Shown here: positions 8,294-16,343 of the stretch, in pieces
Layout of the letters: every line of letters begins with the position of its first letter
Numbering within the stretch: the first letter of the stretch is position 1
From: Candidatus Saccharimonadota bacterium
Lineage (GTDB): Bacteria; Patescibacteriota; Saccharimonadia; Saccharimonadales; Saccharimonadaceae
Length of the DNA: 32,000 nt
NCBI GenBank assembly: GCA_002421785.1
Contig: DIRZ01000001.1
Coordinates: 120,001 to 152,000 of the forward strand
Reading direction: 5' to 3'
Notes under the pieces: generated by a model
What the model saw: the letters and a program-made list of their open reading frames with translations, nothing else
Told to the model about the DNA's origin: nothing
Database searches by the model: none
Program-made: the position numbers and the translations under genes

Positions 8294-8334
8294 AATAACG
8301 AATACCCCGCCGATATGGCGGGGTATTCGTTATT
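8294..8334. terminator. Perfect 18-bp-stem hairpin between convergent rpmA and the FHA-protein gene
   Basis: AATAACGAATACCCCGCC (8294-8311), a GATAT loop, then GGCGGGGTATTCGTTATT (8317-8334). No flanking U-tract occurs on either strand. The right arm overlaps the FHA gene's stop codon by 2 nt. Confidence 0.6.
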
Positions 8335-9976
8335 AAGAACCTAGTCTTGCACGGCGGTAATCGCGCACCCAAGGCATTCGGTCGAGGGTTTTCTTGACAC
8401 TCACATAGGTACCACCAGCTATGGCGTCATAGTCTTCGCCCTCAACCATCTGCGGCGTCTGGCTGCGATAGTCTACCGGCTTGGCATTGAGGGCACCTGC
8501 TAATATGAGGTCCCGACGGGTGCCATACTTGGTAACCCCGCCACCCTTGACCGCAAGCCGCTCAAGCCACACAGTGCCCGTACTCTCATCTGTCGCAACA
8601 TGCCATTCGATATCTTTGCCCTTGTAGGGCACCAGGTATACCTCTACCCTTGTTTTGCCGAGAATCGTGTGTTCGGTCTGGTAACTCCTGCGGGGCTGCG
8701 CAGTAAAGTCTGGCGTAAAGCCATCCGGTAGTCGCATCGCTTCAATCATTCCCCTAGAAACTTCTGGCTGATATTTAAACCCCTTACCCGACATATATGC
8801 ATAAAGTCCATGGCCGCCAATACACTCCACACTAAGATCAGCCGAGTAAACCTCATCAATGCCGCTACGCTCGTATGCAGACTTCACGAGAAGTGATCGA
8901 AAACTATTTTTAACATCGCGAGGAGCACTCGCCTCAACCTTCAAACGCTCCATTTCTTCAAGCAATGCCGCAATAGATTCATCAGGTTTTGTCGCCTGAG
9001 TATACTGGCCATACTCAACATGCTGACCCTGTTGATCTCGCAGCGGGATATCACCCTTAGAGTAGACGCCGTCCTCGTATAAGTACGGCGACATACGCCA
9101 CCCACCGTCACTCTTCGATTTATAATACATATGCGGCACGATTCTGCCATCGCCATCATCCGCATAACACAATGCATGCGTACGGCCGTCAGATGTATCA
9201 AGAAGCCCGCTAAACATAAACTCCCTTTCACCAACCCCTATACCAACGATTGGGTCGAGTCCTTGAGTTGCGAGTAAATCATGTGTCAAACGAGGCTGTC
9301 GATAATCACTCTTCCATTCAGCCGCTTTTTGCGCAACATATGCTGCATCCAAAATGCGTGAACGTTCGTCAAGTGTTCGAACATCATTTTTTTCGGGTGC
9401 CCCAGTCAAGTACTCCTCTGGTTTGGGTGCATCTCGTCGTACACTCAGTGGTGGCAGTTGACCGCTTGTTATCACTGTTCCATTAAGGGAGTGATCCTCA
9501 AAAGCTAATATACCTTCCTGCTGGTCATACCGAACGGTTACGTGTTTACGTGAAGTAGTTTCCTGCATGTGAGGGAACCGCGCGGGGTGAGTATTACGGC
9601 CGAGAACTACTTCCTCTCCGGCGCGGATACCTTTGTATCCTATATCTTTTTCCCAATCAACTTGCGCGGGGTCGATTGCAAGAAATACAACCGACGGATC
9701 GATTAACTGGCCTTCATATATACTTGCTCCCGCGGCATTTTTTTGAGCAGTACGTAAATCGACGAGCCTAATATGGCTCCCTGGTAGCAATTTGCCGTGT
9801 TGATCATATTCATCACTCGACCCAAACTTCAGGTCAACTACATCACCCGCTCCCCCAGTAAAAGGATATTTCACGGGTATTTGCATGCCCTCACCACTGC
9901 GCAGTTCTGTGCTATGCACAGCCGTATGCCGAGCCTCAAACGTTCTCATATTACGCCGCAACCTGCCTGTGTGCAT
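8333..9976 (-). CDS. FHA-domain protein with a large uncharacterised C-terminal region, up to 547 aa
   Basis: The FHA signature reads VVLGRNTHPARFPHMQETTSRKHVTVRYDQQEGILAFEDHSLNGTVITSG. The remaining ~350 aa match no family I recognise. The start is uncertain: in-frame ATGs occur at 9976, 9949 and 9886. Confidence 0.7.
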   Translation of the reverse strand: MHTGRLRRNMRTFEARHTAVHSTELRSGEGMQIPVKYPFTGGAGDVVDLKFGSSDEYDQHGKLLPGSHIRLVDLRTAQKNAAGASIYEGQLIDPSVVFLAIDPAQVDWEKDIGYKGIRAGEEVVLGRNTHPARFPHMQETTSRKHVTVRYDQQEGILAFEDHSLNGTVITSGQLPPLSVRRDAPKPEEYLTGAPEKNDVRTLDERSRILDAAYVAQKAAEWKSDYRQPRLTHDLLATQGLDPIVGIGVGEREFMFSGLLDTSDGRTHALCYADDGDGRIVPHMYYKSKSDGGWRMSPYLYEDGVYSKGDIPLRDQQGQHVEYGQYTQATKPDESIAALLEEMERLKVEASAPRDVKNSFRSLLVKSAYERSGIDEVYSADLSVECIGGHGLYAYMSGKGFKYQPEVSRGMIEAMRLPDGFTPDFTAQPRRSYQTEHTILGKTRVEVYLVPYKGKDIEWHVATDESTGTVWLERLAVKGGGVTKYGTRRDLILAGALNAKPVDYRSQTPQMVEGEDYDAIAGGTYVSVKKTLDRMPWVRDYRRARLGS

Positions 9977-10024
9977 AGATACAGATTTGATTATTTGTTT
10001 GTTTTGGATGTATCATTTGTATTT

Positions 10025-10053
10025 ACTATAGCAAAAAATTGACTAAAAGTCAA
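10025..10053 (-). promoter_or_regulatory. Near-consensus sigma-70 promoter upstream of the FHA-protein gene
   Basis: The minus strand reads TTGACT (10053-10048), a 17-nt spacer, then TATAGT (10030-10025). The -35 box lies inside the small palindrome TTGACTAAAAGTCAA (10039-10053), which on the minus strand is followed by TTTTTT. Confidence 0.55.
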
Positions 10054-10078
10054 TAATGCTTTTGCTTATAACAAGTTA

Positions 10079-10498
10079 TTAGTCGTTTGAGTCGCCGGGA
10101 ACAACGGGTGCTGTTGTATCGATGCCCAGATGGAACTTCACACGTGCCACAACGTCACCAATAACCACCTGTGATTTCACCAGATAATCGTCAACACCAA
10201 GCTGCTCTGCGCGCTCTTTGTCTTTTGGCTGGCTAAGCGCCGTGAGCATAATCACGCGCATATTAGTAGTTTCAGGGGTATTGCGTAGGATATCTAGCAC
10301 GTCAAAACCACTAATTTTCGGCATCATAGCATCAAGCAAGATCAGGTCAGGGCGAAGTGAAAGTGCCGCGGAAAGAGCCTCTTCACCGTTGTGAACTTCG
10401 TTGATTTCAAACCCCTCAAGCTCAAGCCGTGAACGATACACCGCAGCAAGCGCTGTGTCATCTTCGACGAGCAATATCTTCTTTTTTGATGCTTCCAT
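10079..10498 (-). CDS. Receiver-only response regulator, 139 aa
   Basis: The sequence MEASKKKILLVEDDTALA...LILLDAMMPKISG...VIMLTALS...DYLVKS contains all receiver signature residues. The start is chosen at ATG 10498 so that it does not overlap the upstream protease. Confidence 0.85.
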   Translation of the reverse strand: MEASKKKILLVEDDTALAAVYRSRLELEGFEINEVHNGEEALSAALSLRPDLILLDAMMPKISGFDVLDILRNTPETTNMRVIMLTALSQPKDKERAEQLGVDDYLVKSQVVIGDVVARVKFHLGIDTTAPVVPGDSND

Positions 10499-10550
10499 AC
10501 TACCTCTATAGTACCCCTCTGCGCCAAAAAGCACAAGCTTATCTGTTGTA

Positions 10551-11765
10551 TTAAAACGATGCTCGGGCCGCGTCCATTTGTGGATCACGACTGGCGTTCA
10601 TGTCGTCAGATGTCAGGGGCACGGTTTTGTCAGGCGTAATGCCTTCTTTGGTGATGTTTCTGCCATTCGGCGTGTACCAGCGCGCCACGGTAATCTTGAC
10701 TTGGCGACCATCGGGAAGGTCAATTAATTTCTGCACGGTCCCCTTACCAAACGTTTTTTCACCAACCAGTGTCGCAAGTTTATAGTCTTGCAGCGCACCA
10801 GCGACGATTTCGCTTGCACTCGCGCTGCCACCGTTCACCACTACCACCGTCTTCACGCCCGCCAGTATCGCCGATGAGCCGGCTTTTATCTCGTCAGTAA
10901 CCTTTCCCCCGGTTTTCTCCGTCACGACGACTTTGTTTTCAACCCACAGGCCAGAAATGTCACGCGCGGCAGTGAGATAGCCGCCTCCGTTGTCGCGGAG
11001 ATCAATAATGACGCCACGCACATTCTGCGCCTTAAAGTCCGCAGCGGCAGCTCGAGCAAGCTCATACGTGTCTTGGTCAAACCGAGAGATAATCATTGTG
11101 CCAATTCCATCGCGTACTGATGCGCGGACGCTTTTGTCAGAAACTTTCGCCCTCGTCATCGAAAACTCTTTCGCCTCGGTGCCACGAACAACCGCGATTT
11201 TCACCGACGTCCCCACTTCGCCACGAATCTTCTCTGCCACGCTTGCCGAATCAGCACCGATGACAATCTCGTCATTCACGGCACGAATCACGTCCCCAGC
11301 CTGCAGGCCAGACTTTTCGGCCGGCGAGTCCGGCAGAACACGCAAAATCGTCGGCTGCTTGCTTCGAACGCCAATTTCACAGCCAATTCCACTCACCTCA
11401 CCGATAAGTTGTTTGGCAAATTCCTCGGCCTCTGCTTTATCCATATACACAGTGTGCGGATCGCCTGTCGCAGCTGTCATGCCCCGCGCTGCTCCATCAA
11501 TCAGTGCCTGTGTGTCAAGTTCGCCGTCGTAATTAACCTTCAGTTGCTGGTAGGTTTTTTGGACGATGCCAAGGTCGAGCGTATCAGTACTCACCTTCAG
11601 CCCAAACAGGGGCGCAATTGCTGCGTATAGTTCGCCACTCCGGGTGCCGGCCACAAACCCAACCAGCAGGCATACCGCTATCGTCCCAAAAAATAAGCTC
11701 TTCGATACACTATTATTACGACGCGGTAATGAATTCTGACGCTGCTCAGGCACTGCTTCAGTCAC
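10551..11765 (-). CDS. ctpA: S41 carboxy-terminal processing peptidase with a PDZ domain, 404 aa
   Basis: The PDZ segment is ILRVLPDSPAEKSGLQAGDVIRAVNDE. The catalytic Ser lies in NGGSASASEI and the catalytic Lys in TFGKGTVQ. It has an N-terminal TM anchor and a GTG start preceded by GGGGAG. Confidence 0.85.
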   Translation of the reverse strand: MTEAVPEQRQNSLPRRNNSVSKSLFFGTIAVCLLVGFVAGTRSGELYAAIAPLFGLKVSTDTLDLGIVQKTYQQLKVNYDGELDTQALIDGAARGMTAATGDPHTVYMDKAEAEEFAKQLIGEVSGIGCEIGVRSKQPTILRVLPDSPAEKSGLQAGDVIRAVNDEIVIGADSASVAEKIRGEVGTSVKIAVVRGTEAKEFSMTRAKVSDKSVRASVRDGIGTMIISRFDQDTYELARAAAADFKAQNVRGVIIDLRDNGGGYLTAARDISGLWVENKVVVTEKTGGKVTDEIKAGSSAILAGVKTVVVVNGGSASASEIVAGALQDYKLATLVGEKTFGKGTVQKLIDLPDGRQVKITVARWYTPNGRNITKEGITPDKTVPLTSDDMNASRDPQMDAARASF

Positions 11766-11801
11766 GTGGCTCTCCCCTGTTTATATAACTCTTATGCATT
11801 A

Positions 11802-11833
11802 TTATAGCGCATCAGTACTTTGATGCGCTATAA
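11802..11833 (-). repeat. 13-bp perfect inverted repeat between the CHAP-hydrolase gene and ctpA
   Basis: TTATAGCGCATCA (11802-11814), a 6-nt loop, then TGATGCGCTATAA (11821-11833). On the minus strand the 3' arm contains TATAAT (complement of 11801-11806). Confidence 0.45.
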
Positions 11834-11852
11834 CGATATGTATTCCGTAGAC

Positions 11853-13016
11853 TTAGAAGTAAACGTACGTCAGGCCGCCAGCAGGACGCGTGTAGTAATG
11901 GTAGCGTCCCCAACCCATGCCATCCATGTTGTTGTTGTAGTCGCTCACCGTAATAGTACCGTCGCCGTTCACCGCTTCGACATACATCGAGTGTCCATAC
12001 ACACCGATGTACTGAATAGCAACCGACCCGGCGACAGGCGTTGAGCCGCTGCCGATACCATGCCTTGCGGCAGTCGATGGCCACTGATTGGCATTACCTG
12101 CTCCAGCAAAGTGCGGCACATAGCGCCCCGTGCTCCAGACTTTCCACGCTGTATAGCTGACGCATTCGCGATTATAGAGACCCCAGTTGTCAACGAGTGA
12201 ATCCTGCTCAGCGTACGCCCAAATACCAGGGTATCCACCGCCGCCGACACTACCATTACCAATGCCCCAACCACCGCTTGCGCGCGCAGCCGCAGCCATT
12301 TCGGCAGCTTGTTGCGATCGAAGATTGTTGATTTGGCCATTACGCTCGCTCATAAGTGACTGGTAGGCAGCTTCTTGTCCCTGGGTGTCAGCAAGCAGTT
12401 TTGCCTGCTCAGCTTCTTTAGCGGCCAGCTGGTCGCGCTGTGACTTTTGGTCGGCAAGAACACGTTCAACAGAAACTTTCTGCTCTTCAAGCTGCTTTTT
12501 CAGGTCATTAATTCGGTCGATTGTTTCGGTAAGATTCGTCTGGATTGAAGATCGATACTCTTGTTGATCGACGTAGTCGCTGATGTTGTTCGCGCTTGCA
12601 AGCATTTCGAGCGGGCTGATTGAACCATCGACGTACATATCAGCAATGATCTGCCCCAGGGCATCTTTGTTGTCTGCGATATCCTTTTCGGTTTGGGTGA
12701 TGTCGGCAATCAGTTTGTCATACTTCGCCTGGCTTAGGTCAACCTGGGCCTGGATGCTCGCCTTTTGCGAAGCGAGGGTCGCTAGTTCATTCTGAAGCGT
12801 GTCAGCCTGTGCGCTGAGCGTCGCTGCTTGTTGCTGGTAGCCATCAATTTCAGCTTGAATTGCGCGAATCTGATCGTCATATTTGTCGGCGAATACATAG
12901 TCGCCCATACTCAGGGGGGTGGTCAACGCCATCAACACCGCAGCTGCCACTAGCGCCGACTTAGTGACTAACCCTTTGGAAACTGGTGTGGTGGACCGTT
13001 GTTTCATTGCATTCAT
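11853..13016 (-). CDS. Secreted coiled-coil plus CHAP-domain peptidoglycan hydrolase (PcsB-like architecture), 387 aa
   Basis: It has a signal peptide and a ~200-aa heptad-rich region (QAEIDGYQQQAATLSAQADTLQNELATLASQ...). The C-terminal CHAP domain carries Cys in NRECVSYTAWKVW and His in YGHSMYVEAV. It lies directly downstream of ftsEX. Confidence 0.75.
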   Translation of the reverse strand: MNAMKQRSTTPVSKGLVTKSALVAAAVLMALTTPLSMGDYVFADKYDDQIRAIQAEIDGYQQQAATLSAQADTLQNELATLASQKASIQAQVDLSQAKYDKLIADITQTEKDIADNKDALGQIIADMYVDGSISPLEMLASANNISDYVDQQEYRSSIQTNLTETIDRINDLKKQLEEQKVSVERVLADQKSQRDQLAAKEAEQAKLLADTQGQEAAYQSLMSERNGQINNLRSQQAAEMAAAARASGGWGIGNGSVGGGGYPGIWAYAEQDSLVDNWGLYNRECVSYTAWKVWSTGRYVPHFAGAGNANQWPSTAARHGIGSGSTPVAGSVAIQYIGVYGHSMYVEAVNGDGTITVSDYNNNMDGMGWGRYHYYTRPAGGLTYVYF

Positions 13017-13069
13017 ATTAGCATAAGCTCCATACCTTTGTCAAGCCATGACGGCCACAAAAGCCTATA

Positions 13070-14047
13070 TTAAATCTTCAAATATCGGCGGGTCGCCAGC
13101 AACGAGGAAATCGTGCCAATAATAGCGCCCAGAAGGATCATTCCCACGAGCACGAACGCAACATATGCGACCACAAGGTCAACCGTTCGATCAATCGCAA
13201 TGCCATATTCCTGCATGCTTGGTGCAAAAAACGACAACAGACTAATACCTACTGCTGTCGCGATGACCGCCGCAATAAATCCGTACACAATCGCTTCGAC
13301 CACAAATGGTCCCCGTATAAAGCTACGATCCGCGCCAATCAACTTCATCATTTGAATCTCTTCCTTGCGATTAAAAATGGCCATGCGAATCGTATTGAAT
13401 ATAATCAGCATAGAAATAGCGACAAAAATACCGCTCATCGCGATTCCCACCTGTTGAGCAATCCGAGTCCAGTCAGCAATCGTGTCGGTCGCTGATTTAC
13501 GCTCACCCATAAAACTCGGCTTACGGTTCTCGTCGATATAGGGCTTAAGGGCTTTGCTGGTATTAACGTAGTCAACAATCTGGCTGGTATCGTTCACATT
13601 CTTTAGTGAAATGCGCACGGTCGCAGGAATGCGATTTGCTGCTTCGTTGAGCGCACTTAGCGTGCCCGTGCTTGATTTGTTCTTTTCGGCAAAATCAGCA
13701 CGACCTTCTTCGGTACTAATAAAGTCAACCGACTCCACGTTGGATAGCGCGCGCAGGTCGGAGATAATAGTCTTGGCCTGCGTTTCAGTAGTACCGGTCT
13801 TCAGGTAGATAGAGCGCTCGATTCGCTTCCCCACTACCTCTGTCGTATCGGCCAGAACGTTCTGTGCGACGACCGTCACAAAAATAATAAGCAGAGTAAT
13901 CGTCATCACTACTGTTGCAGCAACTGTCAGCCAGGCATTACGTGTGAAGTTATTGACACCATAGCGACACATGCGCAAAAACGCCAACCACTGCCGTCGG
14001 TGTCGATGCTGACCAAATGCTCGTGCGTTGTTTGATTTGCGTGCCAT
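13070..14047 (-). CDS. ftsX: Cell-division ABC transporter permease-like protein FtsX
   Basis: The protein is 325 aa and shows FtsX topology: a TM helix, a large extracytoplasmic loop, then 3 TM helices. A TAATG overlap joins it to ftsE. Confidence 0.9.
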   Translation of the reverse strand: MARKSNNARAFGQHRHRRQWLAFLRMCRYGVNNFTRNAWLTVAATVVMTITLLIIFVTVVAQNVLADTTEVVGKRIERSIYLKTGTTETQAKTIISDLRALSNVESVDFISTEEGRADFAEKNKSSTGTLSALNEAANRIPATVRISLKNVNDTSQIVDYVNTSKALKPYIDENRKPSFMGERKSATDTIADWTRIAQQVGIAMSGIFVAISMLIIFNTIRMAIFNRKEEIQMMKLIGADRSFIRGPFVVEAIVYGFIAAVIATAVGISLLSFFAPSMQEYGIAIDRTVDLVVAYVAFVLVGMILLGAIIGTISSLLATRRYLKI

Positions 14048-14730
14048 TATTGCCTATAACTCCCCTGTGCTTGGTCGCTCGTAATCTTGCCGTGTTCGAT
14101 TGTTATCACGCGACGTTTCAGTTTGTTAACGATTTCAACGTTGTGTGTTGTCAACAGAACAGTCGTACCATATTTATTGATTTTTTCGAGCAAACGCACG
14201 ATATCCCAGCTATGGCGTGGGTCGAGGTTGCCGGTCGGCTCGTCTGCGATCAGGATTTTCGGCTGACGCACCACAGCACGAGCAATGGCGACGCGTTGCC
14301 GCTCACCACCGCTCAATTGGTGTGGGAAGTTCTTTTCCTTACCCGCAAGACCCACCAGGTCAATCACCTTTGGCACGGTGTTTTTAATTTCCTTGTTCGT
14401 CATCCCAGCAATTTCGAGCGCGAACGCAATGTTTTCAAACACGGTACGCTGCGGCAGTAGCTTAAAGTCCTGGAACACCACGCCGATTTTGCGGCGCAAC
14501 AATGGGATGTGCTTGTCCTTTAGCGTATCGTAATCGATGCCGCCCACGACAATTTTGCCACTTGTAGGCTTTTCCTCGCGGGTCAGGAGCTTCAGGAGTG
14601 TTGACTTCCCTGCGCCAGAGGCGCCGACCAGAATAACGAACTCATTTGGCTCCACGTGAAGTGACACTCGGTTCAGTGCCGGCTTCAAATCTTTGCCGTA
14701 AGATTTCGTTACCCTATCTAACAGAATCAT
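14047..14730 (-). CDS. ftsE: Cell-division ATP-binding protein FtsE
   Basis: Walker A is GASGAGKST, the ABC signature is LSGGERQR, and Walker B is [12 protein letters not shown]. It is 227 aa and sits next to ftsX. Confidence 0.9.
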   Translation of the reverse strand: MILLDRVTKSYGKDLKPALNRVSLHVEPNEFVILVGASGAGKSTLLKLLTREEKPTSGKIVVGGIDYDTLKDKHIPLLRRKIGVVFQDFKLLPQRTVFENIAFALEIAGMTNKEIKNTVPKVIDLVGLAGKEKNFPHQLSGGERQRVAIARAVVRQPKILIADEPTGNLDPRHSWDIVRLLEKINKYGTTVLLTTHNVEIVNKLKRRVITIEHGKITSDQAQGSYRQ

Positions 14731-14737
14731 TGTGCCT

Positions 14738-14746
14738 AGTATAGCA
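14738..14746 (-). promoter_or_regulatory. Extended -10 element directly upstream of ftsE
   Basis: The minus strand reads TGCTATACT, then 7 nt (AGGCACA), then the ftsE ATG at 14730. No SD lies between them. Confidence 0.45.
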
Positions 14747-14778
14747 TGTTTCAGGCGTAAACACTACCTGCTTGCACG

Positions 14779-15681
14779 CTACCAACTGCCGCTCGAGCCG
14801 CCGCCGCTGAAACCACCACCACCAAATGAGCCGCCACCGATACCACCGCCTCCGCCGCCACCCCAGGTGCCCCCGCCTGCCCACCAGGATGGCAACGTCC
14901 CCGTTGCTTTATGCTCACGATAGTTGCGCGACACGACAAAATCAAATAAAAGACCAAATGGAACAAGGACGAGCGTCGCGATAAATGCCAATGGATGCGC
15001 CTGGGTAATCAAGAGGCTCACTAGCCCTACGACGCCACCTATCACGCCACCCGCCCACCAACTTTTGCTGCGCGCAAGCATAGAGCCGAGCCACATTAAC
15101 CCAAAAATGATGAAGAAGAATACCGAGCCAATGCCCTCCATAATACTCTCAAAGCCACCGGATGAATCAGTTTTCAGGGCTGGATCAGCCTGCTTCGCTA
15201 CAGCCGCCTGAATACTACTAACCCCCGCACTAATGCCGCCATAGTAGTCGTTGGCTTTGAACTTCGGACGAATAACTGATGTGATGATTTTTTTGGCTCG
15301 GGTGTCAGTCAGATCGCCCTCGAGCCCTCGGCCCACCTCGATACGAAGTACTCGGTCGTTTTTGACGACAATCAACAAAACGCCGTTATTTGTGGAGTCG
15401 CCAATCCCCCACCGTCTCGCTACTTCTAGGGAGTACTCTTCCAGCACCTGCCCTTCGAGTGTCGGAATCATCAGAATACCGATCTGGTAGGACTTCTCTG
15501 CGCGGCCAGCTTTAATCTGCGTGGCCAGCAGCTCAATCTGTTCACTCGTTAAAGTTGACGTCGTATCGACAATCGGCACAGCAAGGCTCGGCGCTGTAGG
15601 CACGCTCAGCGCGCCCACCGACTGGCCCATACAAGCCATAACTACCACCGCCAATGCTCCTGCTCGGATACGACGCCACAT
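14779..15681 (-). CDS. TPM-domain (YgcG-like) membrane protein with a Gly-rich C-terminal tail
   Basis: It has a signal/anchor sequence, a TPM core (VPIVDTTSTLTSEQIELL...NGVLLIVVKNDRVLRIEVGRGLEG), TM helices, and the tail GGGGGGGIGGGSFGGGGFSGGGSSGSW. Confidence 0.8.
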   Translation of the reverse strand: MWRRIRAGALAVVVMACMGQSVGALSVPTAPSLAVPIVDTTSTLTSEQIELLATQIKAGRAEKSYQIGILMIPTLEGQVLEEYSLEVARRWGIGDSTNNGVLLIVVKNDRVLRIEVGRGLEGDLTDTRAKKIITSVIRPKFKANDYYGGISAGVSSIQAAVAKQADPALKTDSSGGFESIMEGIGSVFFFIIFGLMWLGSMLARSKSWWAGGVIGGVVGLVSLLITQAHPLAFIATLVLVPFGLLFDFVVSRNYREHKATGTLPSWWAGGGTWGGGGGGGIGGGSFGGGGFSGGGSSGSW

Positions 15682-15694
15682 AGTAACGAACGAG

Positions 15695-16291
15695 TTAGTT
15701 ACCGAAGTCGATAACAGGGGCTTTCTCTACACCCTTTTCTGCTTCAAAGTAGTTACTCTTTTCGAATCCAAACAATGCCGCAACAATGTTGGTCGGGAAA
15801 CGCTGAATCTGTGTGTTGTATGGTCGCGCGACGTCGTTGTAGTCTTTGCGAGCGACGGCAACACGATTTTCCGTGCCTTCAACTTGAGTTAGCATATCCT
15901 GGTAGGCCTGCGTCGACTTAATGTCTGGGTATTGCTCTACCGTAACCAATAAACGGCTAAACGCACTGCTCATTTCGCTCTGCGCAGCCTGATACTGAGC
16001 AATTTGCTCTGGCGATGCGTTTGCGATATCAATCGTGGTACTTGTTGCTTTGGCGCGTGCTTCCACAACCTTGGTGAGTGTTTCCTGCTCGAAGTTAGAA
16101 GAACCCTTTACTACCCCGATTGCTTGCTGCACAAGGTCAGTTCGACGCTGGTACTGCGACTGAAGGTCGCTCGCCGCAGCAGTCACTTTTTCGCGGTTCG
16201 TCACAAGACTATTATACGTTCCGCCGATTGCCATACCTAGCACCACCAAAATGGCGATAATAATGCCAGGAATCATCCACTTGCTTTTCAT
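15695..16291 (-). CDS. lemA: LemA family protein
   Basis: The protein is 198 aa with an N-terminal TM helix and LemA-like helical repeats (YNSLVTNREKV...QYQRRTDLV...). An AAGGAG SD is present. Confidence 0.85.
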   Translation of the reverse strand: MKSKWMIPGIIIAILVVLGMAIGGTYNSLVTNREKVTAAASDLQSQYQRRTDLVQQAIGVVKGSSNFEQETLTKVVEARAKATSTTIDIANASPEQIAQYQAAQSEMSSAFSRLLVTVEQYPDIKSTQAYQDMLTQVEGTENRVAVARKDYNDVARPYNTQIQRFPTNIVAALFGFEKSNYFEAEKGVEKAPVIDFGN

Positions 16292-16343
16292 ATATTCTCC
16301 TTATCGTTATGGTTTCAGTATACAGAATACCCCTACCCTCTGA

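Noticed and set aside
10499-10588. Longer starts for the second response regulator (10588), the Cys-cluster protein (27952) and the ABC permease (29342)
   Set aside because: Each extension overlaps the 3' end of the upstream gene and adds sequence unlike the family. The internal Met positions give canonical N-termini with better start contexts: an ATGA overlap at 29279, and a -10 box 7 nt upstream of 27880.
10990-11532. 180-aa plus-strand ORF
   Set aside because: It is antisense to the S41 protease gene and has no recognisable motifs. It is a typical shadow ORF.
14732-14923. Plus-strand ORF encoding a poly-proline peptide (PPPLKPPPPNEPPPIPPPPPPPQVPPP)
   Set aside because: It is the antisense reading of the GGN-rich codons that encode the Gly-rich tail of the TPM-domain protein (14779-15681). 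It is a low-complexity mirror artefact, with no start context of its own.
14779-16291. The lemA/TPM-domain gene pair as a novel system
   Set aside because: LemA next to TPM/YgcG-type proteins is a widespread, already-noted conserved pair of unknown function. Nothing here departs from the usual arrangement.
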